Shown here one piece after another: positions 21,266 through 30,473 of a DNA stretch of 64,000 nt. The notes under the pieces are model-generated. The model searched no databases. It saw nothing but the letters and a program-made list of their open reading frames with translations, and was not told where the DNA came from. Source of the DNA: Paludibacteraceae bacterium (GTDB lineage Bacteria; Bacteroidota; Bacteroidia; Bacteroidales; Paludibacteraceae); assembly GCA_045119815.1 (NCBI GenBank), contig JBGVEC010000005.1, positions 12,642 to 76,641 of the forward strand, read 5' to 3'. The first letter of the stretch is position 1. Every line of letters starts with the position of its first letter. Made by a program: the position numbers and the translations under genes.

Positions 21266-23218
21266 ATGAAACAGTTTAAAGACGTAACCACTTCAGATAT
21301 TTTCTCGCATTGGATCAACATAGCATACTTGCCACGTTGGGGAGTGTTGTTGTTGGATCTATTTATTGTGTTCGTAGCATTTATTATCAGTATTATTATT
21401 GGTAACAACTTGTGGGGATATAGTTTTCCATCTTTGTTATTTCCTATTTGGTTACAGATATTAATACTGCTCATAACTCAATGTGTATTCTTTTGGGCTT
21501 TTCACACCTATTCTGGCATTCTGCGCTATTCTACCTTTGTAGATACTATTAAAGTAATATTAGCAGCAACCAGCTGCGGTGCTACCCTATTGGTTATCAA
21601 CTTAATATGCAAGCCACTTCTTGCAACAACACCATTTTTAACTAGCTCATTGATTATATATACATTCATAGCCATATGTTTTCTTTTTATATGGCGTGTC
21701 ATTATCAAAACGACGTTTGAATACATATCATTTCATAACACGAAGGTAAAAAAGGTTCTTATCTATGGTACTCAATCTGCAGGCTTATCTATAGCCAAAA
21801 TGTTGCAGTCTAATATAGAGAGTACCTATCGTCCGGTTGGTTTTATAACTGACGACATAAATTGTAGCCATCATAATCTTTTAGGATTGAATATTTATCC
21901 ATACAATCAGAACTTGATTTCATTTATGAAAGAAAAAGGGATCAAGTATGTGATTGTATCGCCAATGAAGATGAAGGAGATCAACCCTTTAAAAGATTTA
22001 GCAATATTCTTAAACAACGATATTCAGATATTGACTACCCCCTATTTTACGGACTTTTCGACTCATGCGTTGGAAGAAAATATTTCTAAGGTTATTGGTA
22101 GAATTGAATCTATCAAGGTAGAGGATTTATTGGAGCGTCCAGTGATAGACATTGACACCGAGAATGTTGAAGCTATTCTGCGCAATCGTATCATTATGGT
22201 GACGGGTGCTGCAGGTAGTATTGGTAGCGAAATTGTTCGCCAAGTAGCTATCCATCATCCTAGAGCCATTATTTTATTAGAAATGGCAGAATCTCCGCTA
22301 CATGATTTGACTGTAGATTTACGCAGAAAATATCCTGAATTGCAGCTAGTTCCTATCATAGCTGATGTGCGTAATCAACATATGGTTGATACCATCTTTA
22401 GTGAGTATCATCCCCATGTTGTTTTCCATGCTGCAGCCTACAAACATGTTCCTTTGATGGAAGATTTTCCTACACAGGCCATTATTGCCAATGTCTTAGG
22501 GACTAAGAATGTAGCTGATTGTGCGATTAAATATCACGTAGATCGTTTCGTGATGGTATCTACAGACAAAGCTGTCAATCCAACCAATGTGATGGGAGCG
22601 TCCAAACGAATTGCAGAGATATATGTCCAATCCTTATTCCTCAAAGAGAGTAAGACCAATAGCAACTCCACCAAGTTTATTACTACTCGTTTTGGCAATG
22701 TATTAGGTAGCAATGGATCGGTTGTCCCATTCTTCAAGAAACAAATTGCTGAGGGAGGTCCTGTTACCGTCACCCATCCCGACATTATTCGTTATTTCAT
22801 GACGATTCCAGAAGCTAGTTGTTTGGTATTAGAAGCAGCTACATTAGGTAATGGAGGAGAAATCTTCTGCTTTGACATGGGACAACCAGTACGCATCGCT
22901 GATTTAGCAGAAAATATGATTCGTTTAGCAGGATTAATACCTGGAAAAGATATCAAGATCACCTATACAGGATTACGACCTGGTGAAAAGTTGTTTGAGG
23001 AGTTACTCAATCAAAAAGAGACCACTATTCCTACTAAAAATAAGAAGATACTCGTTGCTAAAGTTCGAGAATATGAGTTTGATAGTGTTTCTGAACAAAT
23101 ACAACAACTCATTGCTATGGCAGAAGAAGGCAAGGTATTCCCAACTGTTCAAGCAATGAAGAATATTGTTCCTGAATTCAAGAGCAAGAATTCAGTTTAC
23201 GAGAAACTCGACAAATAG
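21266..23218 (+). CDS. Membrane-anchored nucleotide-sugar 4,6-dehydratase (CapD/PglF/WbpM type)
   Basis: Four N-terminal TM segments, Rossmann motif VTGAAGSIGSE, YKHVP, STDKAVNPTNVMGASKR. Confidence 0.85.
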   Translation: MKQFKDVTTSDIFSHWINIAYLPRWGVLLLDLFIVFVAFIISIIIGNNLWGYSFPSLLFPIWLQILILLITQCVFFWAFHTYSGILRYSTFVDTIKVILAATSCGATLLVINLICKPLLATTPFLTSSLIIYTFIAICFLFIWRVIIKTTFEYISFHNTKVKKVLIYGTQSAGLSIAKMLQSNIESTYRPVGFITDDINCSHHNLLGLNIYPYNQNLISFMKEKGIKYVIVSPMKMKEINPLKDLAIFLNNDIQILTTPYFTDFSTHALEENISKVIGRIESIKVEDLLERPVIDIDTENVEAILRNRIIMVTGAAGSIGSEIVRQVAIHHPRAIILLEMAESPLHDLTVDLRRKYPELQLVPIIADVRNQHMVDTIFSEYHPHVVFHAAAYKHVPLMEDFPTQAIIANVLGTKNVADCAIKYHVDRFVMVSTDKAVNPTNVMGASKRIAEIYVQSLFLKESKTNSNSTKFITTRFGNVLGSNGSVVPFFKKQIAEGGPVTVTHPDIIRYFMTIPEASCLVLEAATLGNGGEIFCFDMGQPVRIADLAENMIRLAGLIPGKDIKITYTGLRPGEKLFEELLNQKETTIPTKNKKILVAKVREYEFDSVSEQIQQLIAMAEEGKVFPTVQAMKNIVPEFKSKNSVYEKLDK

Positions 23219-23220
23219 AA

Positions 23221-25101
23221 TCACTTTATTTTCTCTCCCAAAAGAGTATAAACCTCTGAATCTCGTAGGATGTACACTACTCCATCACGGAGGATGAGAC
23301 GTGGTCGGTCATAAAGTTCTGTATTCTCTAGATTAGTGGCAACCTTTTTCTCTTGGACGGATAGGTTAATTGCTAACTCTAAGCAACCTTCTTCGGTGTA
23401 ATATTTCAACTCATATTTACCAAAACTGTAGATGGTCGTGTCACGATAGATATATGGCAATTCACCTTGAGCCAGAATAAGAGTATCAGACAAATATTCA
23501 GGTTCGATAAAGGTGATAGTCGTTATCTCCACCTCGTAACGTTTGTTCATCACGCGTGGAATAGTGTCATACAGAACCGTTGACTCGGTGTACACATTCC
23601 CATAGTAATCTTCGTATTCCATACCCTGGCAGAGGGTGGTGTCGATATAGTAGTAGTCGTAGGTTATTCCATCATTTGAACCAGGCTTAACATGTAAGAT
23701 AATAGAATCCACACAAAGGGTTGAAGAGTTGGTATAAGTAAAGTTGAAATCACCTGTTTGTTTGAAAGTCTTGCCGTACTTATTTTGGTTTTGCATAATG
23801 GTATCATACACGATATCGGGTGTGGTAGCAAAATACACATTCAGAGTGTCAAGTATGAGTGTATCTTGGTTCTTCCAATCTGCTTGAGCGAAGGAAGTAT
23901 TCTTCTGATATAATTTACCATTGTGCTCATAGCTAGCGCCATAGCACAAGAAAGTATCAACCACATTGACTAGCGTATCAATATCGTGATAGACATGTAG
24001 CGCATATCGCTCGTCGCAGGCACCTGGAGTATGGATAGTCAGGTCGTAGTTTCCTGGTTTGGAGATAGTATGTTGGTTGCGATAGAGATATGGTTGTTGG
24101 GTATATTTGAATGCCAAAGTATCTGGTTGAATATCTGGTGCAACTACTGTGATATTGAGGCAATTAATACGATATTGATTGGTATGTAAGAACACCGTAT
24201 CTATAGTGTGTGTAGTAGATTCGGTCAACAAAGTATCAGCTAATTGAACGCCCATGCCTTGGCAGATGGTGGTGTCAGTATATGCAGCCGTGTACTCAGG
24301 AACTAAACAATGGACAAAGCCGGCGGTACCAGGGGCGTGAGAAAAGTGCAAATAGAATTTCTCATCATTGAACCATGCCTCGTCTAATGCTTCTGAGGTA
24401 AGGGTGTAGCAGTTGTTGGTGGCATCTAATGTCACTTTGTCCACAATAGGTCCATCGCAAGAATTAGATGTGAGTTGCAACTCGCAAGGTGTATTATTGT
24501 CTCCCTTCCAATGAATAATGACATCAGTAGCTTCGGCTATATTACTTGGGTCAATGACATAGACATCGGTTGGTTGTGTGCTATAGAGTGCCATTCCTGG
24601 GAATATATACAACGGATCCTCGCAGGCAGATGGCATACCATCTGCTTCAGAACGAAGAATAAGTCGCCCTCCCAACCCTACGAGAGGAGAAATACTTATA
24701 TAGAAAGTGCCTTCAGCCGAGCCATAGCCTGCTTCCTCCAGTCTATGCTTAATGCTAGTACCATCAATGGTATTCGCCTGATTTTGCTCGAAGATCTTTT
24801 CGTACTCTGGTGTTTTTGAAGTACAGAAAGGATAGACCTCGAATTTCATTGGGCAGTCGGAGTTAAGATAAGCTGAGATACCTTGTGCAAGATCTGAGAT
24901 TTTACCTTTGAACCATCTTGTACCCGATATTTGGATATCCAATGGAAGTGAAAAATCTTCGGCTGTATATTTACAGTCGCAATAGTACTCTGGCCAATCG
25001 TTAGCTTGTTGACGATCGGCACAATCTTCTGGTATTTGAGCAAGAAGTGTAGGTGCAAAAACCAATAGTAAGAAAGATAGGAATATAGGATATTTGTTCA
25101 T
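23221..25101 (-). CDS. Secreted Cys-rich repeat protein, hypothetical
   Basis: Signal peptide MNKYPIFLSFLLLVFAPTLLAQ. Repeated CxG...Y...Y modules (TTICQGMG.., DTFLCYGASY.., DTTLCQGMEY..). C-terminal LILRDGVVYILRDSEVYTLLG motif. Confidence 0.6.
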   Translation of the reverse strand: MNKYPIFLSFLLLVFAPTLLAQIPEDCADRQQANDWPEYYCDCKYTAEDFSLPLDIQISGTRWFKGKISDLAQGISAYLNSDCPMKFEVYPFCTSKTPEYEKIFEQNQANTIDGTSIKHRLEEAGYGSAEGTFYISISPLVGLGGRLILRSEADGMPSACEDPLYIFPGMALYSTQPTDVYVIDPSNIAEATDVIIHWKGDNNTPCELQLTSNSCDGPIVDKVTLDATNNCYTLTSEALDEAWFNDEKFYLHFSHAPGTAGFVHCLVPEYTAAYTDTTICQGMGVQLADTLLTESTTHTIDTVFLHTNQYRINCLNITVVAPDIQPDTLAFKYTQQPYLYRNQHTISKPGNYDLTIHTPGACDERYALHVYHDIDTLVNVVDTFLCYGASYEHNGKLYQKNTSFAQADWKNQDTLILDTLNVYFATTPDIVYDTIMQNQNKYGKTFKQTGDFNFTYTNSSTLCVDSIILHVKPGSNDGITYDYYYIDTTLCQGMEYEDYYGNVYTESTVLYDTIPRVMNKRYEVEITTITFIEPEYLSDTLILAQGELPYIYRDTTIYSFGKYELKYYTEEGCLELAINLSVQEKKVATNLENTELYDRPRLILRDGVVYILRDSEVYTLLGEKIK

Positions 25102-25122
25102 AAAATGATTGTTTATTTTTCA

Positions 25123-25158
25123 AAAAATCGCAGAAACATTTTCCTTTCTGCGATTTTT
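25123..25158 (-). terminator. Strong hairpin downstream of the giant gene
   Basis: aaaaatcgcagaaa-cattttcc-tttctgcgattttt (14-bp stem including A/T runs), U-run on both strands. It lies only 22 nt upstream of the next gene's start. Confidence 0.7.
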
Positions 25159-25187
25159 GATTTGTTTTAAGTTAGCAGCACAGCGTT

Positions 25188-25221
25188 CTCTAAACCGTAG
25201 GCGAACGCCGTCCACTAAACG
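25188..25221 (-). repeat. Intergenic single-hairpin relative of the AGTTTAGAGG element (reverse orientation)
   Basis: The reverse complement reads cGTTTAGtGGAC-GGCGTTCGCC-TACgGTTTAGAG. Confidence 0.7.
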
Positions 25222-25225
25222 AGGA

Positions 25226-28200
25226 TTACTTAACTACTGCTTTGAATTGGTCTTGCGCGCCTGCAATAAGGTAAATACCCGTTGGGAGTGAGATATGTAC
25301 TTCATCGGTCAAGTACTCTGATGTAACCAATTGTCCAGCAGCATTGTATATGCTTACTTGTTGAGCGACGACAGGCACGATGCCTACTCCACCCTCGATA
25401 TTGTAAACCATCATTTGCTTATTGCCGCCGATGGTAGGAAGAGAGGTAGTCGTTTCGTCACGGTAGGTAATTTCACCAGAGATAGGATTAATAGAAGATA
25501 TACGACGAGGCATACCAGAAGGAGAGGCAGGGGCATTAGCGTAAACGAAACAATCCGCAGGATATAGCCACGTATTGTCATAATTTACAAACACATTATG
25601 ATCATATCCGTCCTTATATTCATTTTCATTTTTTCCATTGACAACAAAAATATTGTCAGATGTTACTTCGTCTGAGTAGAAGGTATAATTACCACGAACT
25701 ACTGCCTTTCCTTCAACTGTAAACTCTTCCGTTATTTCATTCCATGAATCTGTACCAGCAATGATTTGTCCTTTAGAATCTAATTTACCATCTCCATCAC
25801 TGTCAATATTATTTTCAGCCGCAGGATAACCCTCTAATAAGATATATTTACCGGTCCAATAATCCCAAACAGTAGAAGGATCATGTACTTCACTATTTAC
25901 AATAGTGTATGGGAAAGACATTGAATAGACATGTCCTTTTTGCATGATCACTTTGTTCGTACCTTTTATATCGCGAGGAACAGATATCGTAGGCACTTCT
26001 TTCCAACTGGTTTGCAATCCGTTATCATCAATACCCCAAGACTCACCTTTTACCTCATACAAGTAGAAGTTTGCGTCCCAACGACTCTTACCTGTTGGAT
26101 ATCCTTCATTACTAGACTTGTAGTGATACAACTGTTCAATTACTGGTCGCTCTGAAGCGGCGTACATATTATACCAGAACTGCACAAACGAACCAACAGA
26201 GTAGATGCTTCCCATAGGTTTGTAGTTAGGGTCATTAGACCATACATCTGCCTTACCAGGAGTCACATCATTTTCCCATATCCATTGATAGAGCAAATCA
26301 ATCATTCTGTGCGCTTGAGCGATACGAGCTTCAGCTATTTTCTCTCCAGTAATGATAGGATTACCTTTTTTATCTTTAGCTCCATTGCTAAATGCTTCGA
26401 TCAACTTTTGCTCTGGATAAGACTCTATGATATAGACGTTTGAGACATCAAATGGTGGCGAGAACAACTTCCAGTCATTTGCGACTACAGGCATCAACAT
26501 ATACACCTTGTCATAAATTACATAATTATTCTCATTTAAAATATTTGCAGGCAAACCTCCTTCTTTCAAAACAACAGTAGAATTTCCAGGAGCCTGATAT
26601 GAACCTACGGAATTGATGGTAATTTCATCCATAGAAGCAAACAACAATTTAGATGTTTTTTTTATAGTAACTAACTTGGTATCGTCATCTGTTTCAATAG
26701 AAAATGGAACACGTTTATTACCTCCCAACTCATTAGTTGCCTGGACACCAGCATTTGTAATAATATCCAGTCTTGGATAGCACATTACCCAAGATGTTGT
26801 AATTTCTTCCTTGAAGCAAATTTTATCACTTGGCAACATCATATGTACAACAGTTGATGGGTCACCATTTACATCGGTAATTTGCTCTGGATTCATACTC
26901 TCTATTCCATAATAGCTCAAATCATTTGTATTCGCGCCATCTGGTAGTTGTGCGGCATAATTCATCCAGTCATCTATCAATGTCTCAACTAATCCATTTG
27001 CCAATTGCGTTTTAACTGGAATATCCACCATACACAAAGGAGAGCCATTACTATTAGTAGGAGATCCACCTTTAGATGTACTGCTATTACATGCCAACAC
27101 GTCACAATTGAATGTTCCACCATCAATTTTAGTATTAGCAGGACACTTCATTGAGGTTGGATTATGGAATAGTTTTTTATAAATACCTTGTACAACTGGG
27201 CTCGTAGACTGAGTAATAGAAGGAGGTAATGATCGACAATTAATCGTACCATCCTTGAATAAAACGGTTGCTCCAGGTTGATCGCTACCTAATCCATACA
27301 TTTTAGCAAGTCCATCCTTGATTGAGTAATAACGATAGGATATGGCATACGATACATCATAGGTAGTAGAAGTATTGAATGAGTTAGCCAAAAATAGTTG
27401 TCCACCATTAATAACCAACGTGGTTTTTTCAGTTCCCAAGTCTATAGTAGGTGCCGCTCGGTACGCTACCGTAGCTAAATTAAGTTTGCCATTTGTTCTA
27501 TTGTCAGAAATCCATTTATCATCAATAGTCAAAGTTGTTTTATTATCATCTTCAACTGACTCTTTATTATGAATAATTTGAATAGGAGCAGAGTGTTGAT
27601 CTGCCTCTGCATTTAATGTCATACCTATAGACACATCCACATGAATATCCATACCTCGTGCAGACTGTAGCACATTTTCTCCTAACAAGTGAATTTTGGC
27701 ATCAAGATTATTCGTATTTGGATAAAAACAAAACGCACTACCACTACCTTGAGAATATACATTTAGACCATTAAACTTGATATCAAAAAGACCCTCCCAC
27801 TTTATATCAAGTTTAAATTCATCCATATCAAGATAAGACATAACATTGTCTTTATTCACCTCAAACGTCTTCAGTGCAGGATAATCACCTAATTCAGTTT
27901 TTGGGCGAGCATACAACTCTAAATCATTCAAATAGATATCAATATTGTTTTTACCGTCAATAAAGAACACGCCATTCTCTTCCCAAGTTGAACCACATGA
28001 TGCGTATGGAGCATAACCTGTGAAGTAGATTTTTTGTCCTGATGCTGTAATATTAAACGAAGAAGGTTTCGTTGCTACATTGACATTTTCTATCGTCTGA
28101 CTAAGTACATAGTCATTTCCACTCTTACTATAAATATAACAAGGTGTTACTGCATTGGAGTTGGCTTTTGGGGCTGATGTTGGTATCGTAATATTATCAT

Positions 28201-30262
28201 TCGCATCACCTGTTGTTAAACCAAAGATATACAACTTATCAAAAGCTGCAACACCATTATTGAACGCTGCAGACAAATCTACTTTTACTTTTCCTTTTGA
28301 ATAATACGGATAAGAACCAACCTTTTCAGTACCTGTGTAAATATCCAAGCCAGTAGAAGAAGTAATGGTAGAATGCACACTAGCCGCAACTCTCACCTCG
28401 TCAGAAACGATTTCACCATAAGGGTTTGCTGTATCATAGATTGCAGTAACTGTAAATGCATATTCTTGTCCTAACTTGATAGGATTAGCACCTATTGCAG
28501 TAACCTTATAAGTATTCGTAATAGGTTCATCATCTCCAATAACAACCACTTCAGTTGCACCAGACTTAACAATATACTTGGTTGCGCCATGCACTGCCGT
28601 CCAATCTAATTGGATTGCGTTGCCTAAACCACCCGTTGCAGTCAATACTGGCTTCGCCAAACGTACTTGAGCAGATACAGCTAATGTAGCAACCACATCA
28701 CCATCATATGTAAAATTAAGTGTGCTGCTATAATCACCTGGTACGGCATCTGCAGGAACATTCACATCAATCGTATTTGCATTGACAGTATAAGTGAATG
28801 GCGAAGTAGCATTCCAATCTTCTGTATAAGCAACCGTTGCAGTAAATGGCAGCGAGGTACTTGCTCCGGTACCGTAGATGGTTGTGCCAAAGTCATGGCT
28901 TGCATTTTGGGTGTTGTTGATTTTAATCGCACTACCCGCATCCGCTGTTAAAACTACCTGTTTGGTGTCAGAAACGATTTGTTTAGTTTGTGCATCTGTA
29001 TATGTACAATTGATACTCAATGTACAAGTTAAATTCTCATAAAAACCATTCGCAGGTGCAGTAAATTTAACTACAGGTTGTAGCGGATTAGTGAAATCAA
29101 TCGAATATGGGTTATCACTTCCTGTAAAAGTAGTTGCATTATCAGCCACAGCATCGCTCAAAGTAAAACTCCAAGCAGAAGCAGTTGCAGCATTATTCGT
29201 TGTTGTAACAGCAAGGGTTTTAGTCTTTGATTCGCTATTTGCAATAATTCCATACTCATTAAAGAAATCATAAGAAGTAGGATTTATAGTAAAAGTAGGT
29301 ACTAGACTTACATTTGCTTTGATTGTTGCAGTTTGAGTCTTATTTGCCACTCCAACCTCACCACCTTTAGAAGTAAGAGTTACATTTGCAGAAAACTCTG
29401 GTTTTGGATCACCATTAACATTATCTGTAGTTTGAGATGTATATTGAACGGTAACTGTTACCACATTATTATTATATGACATACTCACATACCTAAAGTC
29501 TGTTCCAGTTACAATAGGAGTCTCAAAATCATTAATATCGTCCGCACCAGAAACACTAAAACTCACAGTTCCCGTAACAGTAGAATTAATATCATTAACC
29601 TCTACTACTCCATCTGTAGCACTATTGACTGTAACGGGAGCAAATACAGCCTTCATGATTGGGATATTACATGGATAATTTGATGCAGTATAATAGTCAT
29701 TGCTATGTGGTTGTATCATACTAAATTGCGTAATATGACCATTATTACCATGCCCCTCGCTAGTATCACTATTCTTTTGGGCATGATTATCTATCAACGA
29801 ACTAGAATCCCACTCCCAATTAGAGAAATAGTAACCAGGTTGAGTTTCTTGAGCATAAAAATAGAAATTTTGCTTTGCGTAAGAATAATAGGTATGAATA
29901 TATTTGTACTTATTATTGCGAGTAGATGTATAATACCCTGCCTCATAATCATAACAATTTATTACAGCAGCAGCATTAGAGGATTTTTCAATCCAACTAA
30001 CTTTAGTTTCATCGAAGGTCCAGTCTGACCACGAATATTTTTGGTCATATGCACTTTGATAACCTACAGCAGCCTTACCTCTACCTTCGATTGCTAATTG
30101 CACAACTAAACCATAGTTCACTAAATCAGTAGGTTTTTGATCGATATAACCTACATCTTTAGTTGATGTATTAGTTGGTAGTGTATTAAAACAATCTTGC
30201 GCCCACACACTTCCTACTCCGAGGATTAGACACATTACTAATGTTGACAATATTTTTTTCAT
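25226..30262 (-). CDS. Giant (1678 aa) secreted protein with a T9SS C-terminal sorting domain
   Basis: Signal peptide MKKILSTLVMCLILGVGSVWAQ at Met46 of the track ORF. Ig/Fn3-like segments. C-terminus VSIYNAAGQLVTSEYLTDEVHISLPTGIYLIAGAQDQFKAVVK is a typical type-A CTD. Confidence 0.8.
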   Translation of the reverse strand: MKKILSTLVMCLILGVGSVWAQDCFNTLPTNTSTKDVGYIDQKPTDLVNYGLVVQLAIEGRGKAAVGYQSAYDQKYSWSDWTFDETKVSWIEKSSNAAAVINCYDYEAGYYTSTRNNKYKYIHTYYSYAKQNFYFYAQETQPGYYFSNWEWDSSSLIDNHAQKNSDTSEGHGNNGHITQFSMIQPHSNDYYTASNYPCNIPIMKAVFAPVTVNSATDGVVEVNDINSTVTGTVSFSVSGADDINDFETPIVTGTDFRYVSMSYNNNVVTVTVQYTSQTTDNVNGDPKPEFSANVTLTSKGGEVGVANKTQTATIKANVSLVPTFTINPTSYDFFNEYGIIANSESKTKTLAVTTTNNAATASAWSFTLSDAVADNATTFTGSDNPYSIDFTNPLQPVVKFTAPANGFYENLTCTLSINCTYTDAQTKQIVSDTKQVVLTADAGSAIKINNTQNASHDFGTTIYGTGASTSLPFTATVAYTEDWNATSPFTYTVNANTIDVNVPADAVPGDYSSTLNFTYDGDVVATLAVSAQVRLAKPVLTATGGLGNAIQLDWTAVHGATKYIVKSGATEVVVIGDDEPITNTYKVTAIGANPIKLGQEYAFTVTAIYDTANPYGEIVSDEVRVAASVHSTITSSTGLDIYTGTEKVGSYPYYSKGKVKVDLSAAFNNGVAAFDKLYIFGLTTGDANDNITIPTSAPKANSNAVTPCYIYSKSGNDYVLSQTIENVNVATKPSSFNITASGQKIYFTGYAPYASCGSTWEENGVFFIDGKNNIDIYLNDLELYARPKTELGDYPALKTFEVNKDNVMSYLDMDEFKLDIKWEGLFDIKFNGLNVYSQGSGSAFCFYPNTNNLDAKIHLLGENVLQSARGMDIHVDVSIGMTLNAEADQHSAPIQIIHNKESVEDDNKTTLTIDDKWISDNRTNGKLNLATVAYRAAPTIDLGTEKTTLVINGGQLFLANSFNTSTTYDVSYAISYRYYSIKDGLAKMYGLGSDQPGATVLFKDGTINCRSLPPSITQSTSPVVQGIYKKLFHNPTSMKCPANTKIDGGTFNCDVLACNSSTSKGGSPTNSNGSPLCMVDIPVKTQLANGLVETLIDDWMNYAAQLPDGANTNDLSYYGIESMNPEQITDVNGDPSTVVHMMLPSDKICFKEEITTSWVMCYPRLDIITNAGVQATNELGGNKRVPFSIETDDDTKLVTIKKTSKLLFASMDEITINSVGSYQAPGNSTVVLKEGGLPANILNENNYVIYDKVYMLMPVVANDWKLFSPPFDVSNVYIIESYPEQKLIEAFSNGAKDKKGNPIITGEKIAEARIAQAHRMIDLLYQWIWENDVTPGKADVWSNDPNYKPMGSIYSVGSFVQFWYNMYAASERPVIEQLYHYKSSNEGYPTGKSRWDANFYLYEVKGESWGIDDNGLQTSWKEVPTISVPRDIKGTNKVIMQKGHVYSMSFPYTIVNSEVHDPSTVWDYWTGKYILLEGYPAAENNIDSDGDGKLDSKGQIIAGTDSWNEITEEFTVEGKAVVRGNYTFYSDEVTSDNIFVVNGKNENEYKDGYDHNVFVNYDNTWLYPADCFVYANAPASPSGMPRRISSINPISGEITYRDETTTSLPTIGGNKQMMVYNIEGGVGIVPVVAQQVSIYNAAGQLVTSEYLTDEVHISLPTGIYLIAGAQDQFKAVVK

Positions 30263-30276
30263 AAGCCTTTTTTGTT

Positions 30277-30338
30277 CGCTTTGCTCACGTTGTATGCTTT
30301 GCGTTGTTTGTCGCTTTGCGACGTTTTGTGCTTCGCGT
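30277..30338. repeat. Stuttered CGCTTTGCG words in the leader of the giant gene
   Basis: cgctttgc, gctttgcg, cgctttgcg, gcttcgcg each followed by ..gtt. On the mRNA strand these are GCAAAGC words. Confidence 0.7.
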
Positions 30339-30389
30339 TGCATGCAGCGGAGCTGCGTTATGTTGGTTGTTAATAATATTCTTGTTTTT

Positions 30390-30441
30390 GCTCGCAAGCG
30401 AGCGGTGTATAGTGTAGAGTGTAAGGTGTAAAGGCGGGGGG
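30390..30441 (+). repeat. GCTCGCAAGCGAGC hairpin plus GTGTAKA heptamer array
   Basis: gctcgcaagcgagc ggtgtata gtgtaga gtgtaag gtgtaaa ggcgggggg. Confidence 0.85.
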
Positions 30442-30473
30442 CTTTTATCGCTTCGCTCTAAACTGCTTTTATG

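Noticed and set aside
30263-30397. N-terminal 45-codon extension of the giant ORF (track start 30397).
   Set aside because: The extension reads through repeat DNA. Met46 is followed by a canonical signal peptide, so the start is set to 30262.
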